Below, piece after piece: positions 57,346 through 64,000 of a DNA stretch of 64,000 bases (position 1 is its first letter; each line of letters starts with the position of its first letter). The notes below the pieces were generated by a model. The model was not told where the DNA came from, made no database searches, and saw nothing but the letters and a program-made list of their open reading frames with translations. The DNA comes from Isosphaeraceae bacterium (lineage in GTDB: Bacteria; Planctomycetota; Planctomycetia; Isosphaerales; Isosphaeraceae). The stretch covers positions 53,077 to 117,076 of the forward strand of contig JAXMBD010000014.1 in NCBI GenBank assembly GCA_046350035.1, in the 5' to 3' direction. The position numbers and the translations under genes were made by a program.

Positions 57346-58767
57346 ATGAAGATCGCCGTGGTGGGGACGGGATATGTGGGACTGGTCACGGGGACTTGCC
57401 TGGCCGACTCGGGCCGCGACGTCATCTGCATCGACCGCGACTCTTCCAAAATCGCCCGGTTGCTGGAGGGCGGGCTCCCGATCTACGAGCCCGGCCTGGA
57501 CGTGTTGGTCATGCGAAATGTGCAGGCCGGGCGCCTTTCCTTCGCCACGGACATCGCTGCTGGCATCCGCGAGGCCGATCTCGTGTTCCTCGCGGTCGGC
57601 ACACCGCAGGCCCACGACGGCTCGGCGGACCTCTCGGCCCTGTTCGCGGCGGGTTGCCAAATCGCCGATTGCCTCACATCGCCCAAGACCATCGTAATCA
57701 AGAGCACCGTGCCGGTCGGGACGAATGCCGAGTTGGCCCGGCGGATGGCCGAGCGGACGAACGTTCCATTCCAGGTCGCCAGCAACCCCGAGTTTCTCCG
57801 CGAGGGTTCGGCCCTCGAGGACTTTCAGAGGCCCGATCGCGTTGTAATCGGGGCGCGCATGCCCGAAGTGGTTTGCCAGCTCCGCGCCCTGTATACCCCG
57901 TTCCTCGCCGGGGGCCGGCCCTTCCTCGCGATGACCCCCGAAAGCGCCGAAATGACCAAATACGTCGCCAACTGCCTTTTGGCGACGAAGATCAGCTTCA
58001 TCAACGAGATGGCGAACCTCGCCGGAGCCGTCGGGGCAGAGATCGACGACGTCCGTCGGGGTATCGGCCACGACCACCGGATCGGCTTCCAGTTTTTGGC
58101 GCCCGGCGTCGGCTATGGTGGCAGCTGCTTCCCGAAAGACGTCCGGGCGCTGTCGCACCTGGCGCAATCGGCCGGCGTTGCGGCCCGGCTGATGGCGGCA
58201 GTTGATGAGGCCAACGAGGCTCAGAAGGAGATCCTCGGCCGCTCCATCCTTGAGAGTTTCGGTCCGCAGGCCCGTGGGCGCCGGGTGGCGATCTGGGGCC
58301 TGGCATTCAAGCCCGAAACCGATGATATCCGCGAGTCGCCGGCGCTTCGGCTGATCGACGACCTGCTCGCCTCCGGCGTCGCCCAGATCCGCGTTCACGA
58401 CCCGGTTGCCCAGGATCACATCAGGGCAATCTATGGCAATCGCCTGATCTACTGCTCCCAGCGTTACCAGGCACTCGAGGGTGCCGATGCGCTGGCGATC
58501 GTGACTGATTGGGAGGAGTACCGAGATCCCGACTACATCTTGATGGCCGCTCTCATGCGGGTGCCCCGGATTTTCGACGGCCGGAACATGCTCGACCCTC
58601 ACCGCGCCGCCAACTTTGGCTTCTCCTATCGGGGCATCGGTCGCACGAAGGTTGACGCCCCCAATCGCGCCAAGGGCAAAGCCTCGGCCCACATGCCGAC
58701 GATCGAACCAAAGCACCTCCCCGCGAAGCCGAGGACGGCGATCCTGCCGACCGTCTCGGTCGCTTGA
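57346..58767 (+). CDS. ugd: UDP-glucose 6-dehydrogenase
   Basis: 'MKIAVVGTGYVGLVTG', 'KSTVPVGT', 'SNPEFLREG', catalytic 'GYGGSCFPKDV'. ATG at 57346 follows AAAGGGAG. Confidence 0.92.
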   Translation: MKIAVVGTGYVGLVTGTCLADSGRDVICIDRDSSKIARLLEGGLPIYEPGLDVLVMRNVQAGRLSFATDIAAGIREADLVFLAVGTPQAHDGSADLSALFAAGCQIADCLTSPKTIVIKSTVPVGTNAELARRMAERTNVPFQVASNPEFLREGSALEDFQRPDRVVIGARMPEVVCQLRALYTPFLAGGRPFLAMTPESAEMTKYVANCLLATKISFINEMANLAGAVGAEIDDVRRGIGHDHRIGFQFLAPGVGYGGSCFPKDVRALSHLAQSAGVAARLMAAVDEANEAQKEILGRSILESFGPQARGRRVAIWGLAFKPETDDIRESPALRLIDDLLASGVAQIRVHDPVAQDHIRAIYGNRLIYCSQRYQALEGADALAIVTDWEEYRDPDYILMAALMRVPRIFDGRNMLDPHRAANFGFSYRGIGRTKVDAPNRAKGKASAHMPTIEPKHLPAKPRTAILPTVSVA

Positions 58768-58847
58768 ATCGACCTTGTCGGACCGAACCGAAAAGCCCGC
58801 GGGAGCGGCGATGTCCGCCCCTCCCCGTCCGCAGAAGGGGCCCAGCC

Positions 58848-60020
58848 ATGTCGGCGGGCCCTATGACCCTGAACCAGTCGCCAGCACAAGGGAATTCCAA
58901 CATGAGCCTTGACCTCTCCTCAACGGCCGTCATGGACGCCTTCGAGTATCAATCCGTCAATGTAAGACGTGCCACACACGCCGAAACGAACCGGCCGACC
59001 CGGCACTCGGCGGCCCCCCGGATCGCCTTTAGCTTCGTCGTTCCCGTGAAGGACGAGGAGGCCACCCTCGGTGAGCTGTATCGCCGGATCAAGGAGCAAA
59101 TCCGTGACGACGAGCCGTTCGAAGTAATCTTCATCGACGACGGCAGCCGCGACGGCTCCTGGGGGGCGATCGAGGACCTCGTCGCGGCCCACCCGGGCAT
59201 TGTCCGAGGACTTCGGTTCCGCCGCAACTGCGGCAAGGCGGCAGCCCTGATGGCAGGCTTCCGCGCGTCGAGGGGCGAGATCCTTTTCACCCTCGATGCC
59301 GACCTTCAGGACGATCCCAAGGAGATCCGCCGGTTCCTCGCCAAGCTCGACGAGGGGTTCGACCTCCTCAGCGGCTGGAAGAAGGTCCGGCACGACCCCT
59401 GGCACAAGGTTCTCCCGAGCCGCATCTTCAACCGCATGCTCAGCCGCGTGACGGGGGTCGATCTGCACGACCATAACTGCGGCTTTAAGTGCTATCGCGC
59501 CGAAGTTGCCAAATCGCTGACTCTCTTCGGCGAATTGCACCGGATGGTGCCCGCCCTGGCCGCGATCGAGGGCTACCGCGCGGCGGAAATCGAGGTTCAG
59601 CACCACCCCCGCAAACACGGCGTCAGCAAGTACGGGTTCGAGCGTTACCTCCGCGGCTTCGTCGATATGCTCACGGTTGGCTTCCTTCGCAAGTACCGCG
59701 AGCGGCCGACTCACTTCATCGGCGGCGTGGCCGCCTTCGCCCTGGCGGGCTCGCTCGCACTGCTCGTGCTGGCCATCTCTGCGGGCATCTACGGGCTCTC
59801 GACGCTCGCACTGGGCTCGATCGCCTTCAGCGCGGCCCTGTTGGGCACGGCAACATTAAGCGTGATCTGCGGCCTGATGGTCGAACTGACCATCCGAGGG
59901 GGGCTCCGCGAGAGCTGGCGACTGCCGATCATCGAGGACACTGCGAGCAACGCCTCGCCGATGGCCCGCCAGTTTCCGGCCGCCGCGCCGGTTCCGGTCG
60001 CCTATGGCCTCGGAGCCTGA
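58848..60020 (+). CDS. GT2 polyprenyl-phosphate sugar synthase-like glycosyltransferase (ArnC/GtrB/DPM1 type)
   Basis: 'FSFVVPVKDEE', 'VIFIDDGSRDGS', 'NCGKAAALMAGF', 'DADLQDDP', two C-terminal TM helices. The start is uncertain (58848, 58863 or 58902). Confidence 0.85.
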   Translation: MSAGPMTLNQSPAQGNSNMSLDLSSTAVMDAFEYQSVNVRRATHAETNRPTRHSAAPRIAFSFVVPVKDEEATLGELYRRIKEQIRDDEPFEVIFIDDGSRDGSWGAIEDLVAAHPGIVRGLRFRRNCGKAAALMAGFRASRGEILFTLDADLQDDPKEIRRFLAKLDEGFDLLSGWKKVRHDPWHKVLPSRIFNRMLSRVTGVDLHDHNCGFKCYRAEVAKSLTLFGELHRMVPALAAIEGYRAAEIEVQHHPRKHGVSKYGFERYLRGFVDMLTVGFLRKYRERPTHFIGGVAAFALAGSLALLVLAISAGIYGLSTLALGSIAFSAALLGTATLSVICGLMVELTIRGGLRESWRLPIIEDTASNASPMARQFPAAAPVPVAYGLGA

Positions 60021-60089
60021 AAGGGCCCGGAGGACCGGCGAAGTTTCAAACGCTTTCATCCCATCTACCCCACTAGAGAGGACAATCGA

Positions 60090-61418
60090 ATGCCACCCCT
60101 TGACGTGAGCTCCAGGTCGGGACGCCTCAAGATCTTGATGATCGGTTCAACCTATCCCCGCCACGAAGCCGACTACGCTGTGCCGTGGCTCCGCGAGACA
60201 GTGCGTCGGCTGACGGAACGCGACCACGAAGTCACCGTCCTCGCCCCTGCTTACGCCGGGCTGGGGCGCCACCGGATCGACGGAGTTCCGGTTGAGCGAT
60301 TCCGCTATGCCCCTCGCGGCTTGGAGCACCTGACCCACGAGCAAGGTGCGCCCAACCGAATCCGCAAGCCGATCTACCAGGCCCTCGGGGCCCCTTACGT
60401 GGCTTTGGGGGCCGTGGCGTCGGCCCGATTGGCCCTCCGCAAGCGATTCGATGTGATCCACGCCCATTGGCCATTCCCGCACGGGCCTATCGCCGCGGCG
60501 GCTCGGGCCGCCTGCGGCGCGCCCATCGTCGCGAACTGCCACGGGGCCGAGTTCGCCATGGCCGCGCGGAAGACGTGGGTCCAACCGCTCCTGAGGAGGG
60601 CCCTGGTCGGCGCCGATCGGCTCCTGGCCAACAGCAGGCACACCGCCGAACGCGTGCACAGGATGAGCGGTCGAGAGGCCGAAGTGATCCCCTACGGCAC
60701 AACAGTCCGTGCCAGGCCCACCCCCGCGCCTCGAAATCCTGTTCCTCGAATCCTCTTCACCGGCCGACTGATCCAGAGGAAGGGTGTCGAATACTTGATC
60801 CGTGCCATGCCCCACATCCTCGCCAGCGGGCCGGCATCCCTCCAGATCACGGGCGACGGGGACTGCCGCGCCGGGTTGGAGTGCCTGACGCGTGAGTTGG
60901 GCCTGGCCGATTCCGTGCAGTTCCTCGGCTTCGTCGATAACAAGAAACTCGACGCCCTTTATGCCGGTTGCGACGTGTACGTCAACCCGTCGATCATTGA
61001 CGACAACGGCGACACCGAGGGCCTCGGGGTAGGTCCTATTGAGGCCTTCTGCCACGGTCGTCCGGTCGTCGCCTCGGCGGTTGGCGGAATTGTTGACGTG
61101 GTAATCCACGAACGGACCGGACTCCTTGTACCCGAGAAGGACCCGGAGAGGCTGGCCGGTGCGATCCGCAGGCTGATTGAGCGGCCGCTAGAGGCCAAGG
61201 CGCTCGCCCAGGCCGGGCTCGAGTACGCTCGACGGCATTTCGACTGGGACCGGATCGTCGAATCCCTGGTTGACGTTTACCACGGGGCAATCGCCGAACG
61301 GGGGTCCCGCGGCCGTTCTTTGACCTTCCGACCCGCATCGGCCCCTCTCGGCGTCTCGTCGCAACTCCTGTCGCAAGTTCCGAACTCCTTTCTTCCTCGC
61401 GAGGGTGCCCTACCGTGA
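60090..61418 (+). CDS. GT4-family (group 1) glycosyltransferase
   Basis: 'ILFTGRLIQRKGVEYLI', E-x7-E 'EGLGVGPIEAFCHGRPVVASAVGGIVDVV', 'GLLVPEKDPERLA'. Confidence 0.88.
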   Translation: MPPLDVSSRSGRLKILMIGSTYPRHEADYAVPWLRETVRRLTERDHEVTVLAPAYAGLGRHRIDGVPVERFRYAPRGLEHLTHEQGAPNRIRKPIYQALGAPYVALGAVASARLALRKRFDVIHAHWPFPHGPIAAAARAACGAPIVANCHGAEFAMAARKTWVQPLLRRALVGADRLLANSRHTAERVHRMSGREAEVIPYGTTVRARPTPAPRNPVPRILFTGRLIQRKGVEYLIRAMPHILASGPASLQITGDGDCRAGLECLTRELGLADSVQFLGFVDNKKLDALYAGCDVYVNPSIIDDNGDTEGLGVGPIEAFCHGRPVVASAVGGIVDVVIHERTGLLVPEKDPERLAGAIRRLIERPLEAKALAQAGLEYARRHFDWDRIVESLVDVYHGAIAERGSRGRSLTFRPASAPLGVSSQLLSQVPNSFLPREGALP

Positions 61419-62389
61419 TTAAGCGCCTCACCCGGCATCAGCTTGCTCGGCTCGGCTACCTCGCGGTCGCCGCCATTGCGGCGACGATGATGGTGCGGAC
61501 GCTCCGCGAGGCAGGCGCCCCCTTCCTGACGGCGGCGTCGTCGATACCGGCCTGGGCCCTCGCGACTGCCTTCGGGCTTGCACTGGTCTACCGCGTGATC
61601 AATGCAACCGGTTGGAGTCTGGCGCTGCGTATCCTGGGCCATCCGACCGATGTGGTGTCAACCGCGAGGCTCTGGCTGGCGTCCGAAGCCTGCCGATGGC
61701 TCCCCGGAAGCGTCTGGGCCTATGGTTCGCGGACGCTTCTCGCCACGCAGAGGGGCTTGAAGGCCCAGGCGGTTGGTGCCAGTCTGGGCCTGGAGCTAAT
61801 CACGACCGTGGCGGCCTGGCTTGTGGTCATGCTGATCGGCGGGCGGTGCTTCTGGCAACGTCTGCTTCCCAACGGGTTAGAGGGCCTCAACGCCTGGGCG
61901 ATCCTCAGTCTTATCCTGGCCCTCGCGGCGGCCGCCGCTGCGGCCTTCCGTCTCTCCCCCCGCTTGCGCCGGTCCATAGCCTCGAAATGGGGCCAGCTCG
62001 CCTCGCTACTACGCTGCTCATTCGACCCCCGATGGCTTGCAGCGACCTTCCTGTTCTTCGTGGCGATGGCCGTCTTCAATGGCCTGGCCCTGTTCATCCT
62101 GGTTCAGGCCTTACCGGACCGCGACTGCCCGCTCTCCGCCGTCATCGCCGCGAACGCGGCAGCCTGGTTGGCGGGCTTCTTCGCTTTGTTCGCCCCGGGC
62201 GGGCTCGTCGTCCGCGAGGCGTGCCTCGCCGCCCTACTCGCGACCTGGCTCGGACCCGAACTGGCCCTGGCGCTGGCGCTCGCCTGGAGGCTGGTCCAGA
62301 TTCTCGCCGAGATCTGCTGCTTTGTGGTGGTTGTGGTCTGGGGCTTGCCTACAAATATTGGGGTCGTATCCACACCCGCTGCCGCTTAA
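61415..62389 (+). CDS. UPF0104 / lysyl-PG-synthase-TM-like 'flippase-like' membrane protein
   Basis: ~8 hydrophobic segments. 'RVINATGWSLALRILG', 'WLASEACRWLPGSVWAYGSR', 'AAWLAGFFALFAPGGLVVREA'. GTGA overlap with the GT4 stop. Confidence 0.7.
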   Translation: MIKRLTRHQLARLGYLAVAAIAATMMVRTLREAGAPFLTAASSIPAWALATAFGLALVYRVINATGWSLALRILGHPTDVVSTARLWLASEACRWLPGSVWAYGSRTLLATQRGLKAQAVGASLGLELITTVAAWLVVMLIGGRCFWQRLLPNGLEGLNAWAILSLILALAAAAAAAFRLSPRLRRSIASKWGQLASLLRCSFDPRWLAATFLFFVAMAVFNGLALFILVQALPDRDCPLSAVIAANAAAWLAGFFALFAPGGLVVREACLAALLATWLGPELALALALAWRLVQILAEICCFVVVVVWGLPTNIGVVSTPAAA

Positions 62390-62572
62390 CCCACGTCCAT
62401 CGCACCGCCGGCCCAAAGTCCCGTGACATCGCGACTCCCATGCGAAGGACTCAACGAGGCTCGAGAGTGGGCCAAACCGGTTTCTTGGCGGTTTAGTCGC
62501 TACGGACATTCAGGCTCGCCCTTTCTCGGCCGACGCTCGATAATTGAGCCACACCCGAGGGAGGATGGCAGG

Positions 62573-62922
62573 GTGGGACGCCGACAAGCCTTGACCGACG
62601 AGCAGTGGGTCAGGATCCAGGGCCTCCTCCCCGGCAAGCCGGGCGACCCGGGGCGGATGGCCGCCGACAACCGCCTCTGCGTCGACGCGGTCCTCTACCT
62701 CCTGAAGACCGGCAACCCCTGGGAGGACCTGCCGGCCCGCTTCGGCAAGCCGAACTCGGCGTGGAAGCGGGTCGATCGCTGGTGCCGCGCGGCTGTGTGT
62801 TGGAGCGGATCGCGGCGCCCCTGAACGACCCGGACCTGGAGGAGGTCCAACTGCACTCTTGCAGCATCAAGGCCCATTCGGTCGCCTCGACGGGCCGGCG
62901 CCAGGCCGCCGAAAAAAACTAG
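62573..62922 (+). pseudogene. IS5-family transposase N-terminal fragment (frameshifted, truncated)
   Basis: GTG at 62573 after GGGAGG. 'LTDEQWVRIQGLLPGKPGDPGRMAADNRLCVDAVLYLLKTGNPWEDLPARFGKPNSAWKRVDRWCRA', shift in the 'gtgtgt' tract near 62795, then 'LERIAAPLNDPDLEEVQLHSCSIKAHSVASTG'. It ends where the next element begins. Confidence 0.6.
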
Positions 62923-62939
62923 GCCGGAAGAGTCTGTTT

Positions 62940-64000
62940 GACGCGTGGTGTTGGATACGTTATTCCCGAGACGGTGATCGCTTCGAGGAGGCGCCCCATG
63001 CCGCGACGGAGTGCGCGACCCGCCCCGAGCGGGTCCTGGATCTGCCCGCCCACACGCGGGCCTGCCCGGCTCGCTCCGGGCCGCTATGGTCGGCCGTCAC
63101 GGCAAGGCGGGCGGTCGTGACGTTGGAGGGCCCCCTGCAGCTGCGGCTCCAGATCCGCAGCTGCCGCGATCCCGGGTGCCCCCGATACAAGGCCTGCCTC
63201 CGGCCCGAGCAGGAAGGCCGGTTCGTCCTGCCGCAGCACGAGTTCGGCCTGGACGTCGTCGCGCTGATCGGCCGCCTCCGCCATGCCGAGCATCGCAGCG
63301 TGCCGGAGGTCCGCGCCGCATTGGTTCGCCGCGGCGTGCCGATCTGCGTGCGGAGCGTCGGCAACCTCCTGGACCGGTACGACGAACTCCCGGCCCTGTC
63401 CTGCTCCGATGCCGCCCGGCTGCGGCGGATCGCCGCCGGGGCCGGGCGGGTGATCCTGGCCATCGACGGCCTGCAACCGGACGTCGGTCACGAGGTGCTC
63501 TGGGTGCTCCGCGACGTGCTCTCCGGCGAAGTCCTCCTGGCCCGCAGCCTGCTGCCCGCGACGCAGGACGACCTGGCGGGGCTGCTGTGCGAGGTCGCCG
63601 GGGCCCTCGGCGTGCCGGCGTGCCCATCGCGGGGGTCGTCTCCGACGGCCAGACGTCGATCCGCAAGGCGGTCGAGCGGGCATTGCCCGGCGTGCCCCAT
63701 CAGCTGTGCCACTTCCATTACCTCCGCGAGGCGGTACTGCCGGTGTACGAGGCCGACCGCCACGCCAAGGTCCGGCTCAAGAAGGAGGTCCGCGGCATCC
63801 GGCCGATCGAGCGGAAGCTCGAACGCCGGGACGACCCCGAGGCCGAGGCGGCCCGGGGCTACTGCGGACGGTCCGCTCGGCCTTGACCGACGACGGCCGC
63901 CCGCCGCTGGAGGCCTCGGGATTGAAGCTGGCGGGCCGGCTGACGAAGGTCGCCGACAGCCTGGGCCGGGTGGCCGCAAAGGGGGACCCGAACGAGCTGA
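62940..64000 (+). pseudogene. DDE transposase of a second IS (family not assigned), at least two frameshifts, runs off the window
   Basis: Frame 0 (no stop to window end): 'TLEGPLQLRLQIRSCRDPGCPRYKA...LAIDGLQPDVGHEVLWVLRDVLSGEVLLARSLL'. Shift near 63625 to 'IAGVVSDGQTSIRKAVERALPGVPHQLCHFHYLREAVLPVYEADRHAKV', and shift near 63860 to 'VRSALTDDGRPPLEASGLKLAGRL'. No clear start codon. Confidence 0.55.

Noticed and set aside
63084-63683. 199-aa and 189-aa minus-strand ORFs at the window end
   Set aside because: They are antisense shadows of the plus-strand transposase, with R/P/G/A-rich translations.

Overview
High-GC (about 70% on sampled lines) bacterial chromosome segment with Planctomycetota hallmarks: a DUF1559 pseudopilin-like gene with partner lipoproteins, a giant Ig-repeat protein with a '...RRRPLFETEGLEDRALLA' leader, and ribosomal proteins with long basic or proline-rich tails. 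An Isosphaeraceae/Gemmataceae-like origin is only a guess. Layout: (i) 0-18 kb is mostly core genes: XerC/D-like recombinase, fabD, plsX, a YpfJ-type peptidase, ffh-rpsP-trmD-rplS, and a ~2,100-aa Ig-repeat surface protein split by one frameshift inside three near-identical tandem units. (ii) 18-26.3 kb is a tightly packed five-gene operon: CHASE3 hybrid kinase, CheR, REC-less CheB, REC-HK-REC kinase and a tandem Kdo/WaaP-like kinase, with no MCP/CheA/CheW in the window. This is my best candidate for an undescribed signalling system. (iii) 26.6-44.3 kb is an accessory, IS-ridden region. It holds a 195-bp near-perfect palindrome, IS630 and IS5 remnants, one IS with intact ends and a target-site duplication, a GH55-like gene, a DUF1559 cluster, a PEP-CTERM repeat protein, two AT-rich islands sharing a motif, and many pseudogenes. 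HNH endonuclease and leuB sit inside it. (iv) 44.3-62.4 kb holds a sigma-54 response regulator, a 1,444-aa multi-sensor hybrid kinase and a divergent envelope-glycosylation cluster: HlyD adaptor, TPR membrane protein and beta-sandwich-GT39 fusion on one side, ugd, ArnC-like GT2, GT4 and a flippase-like protein on the other. (v) 62.4-64 kb is nested IS debris running off the window. I recognised no rRNA, tRNA or CRISPR array. All family calls come from by-eye motif recognition in the supplied translations; no searches were run.
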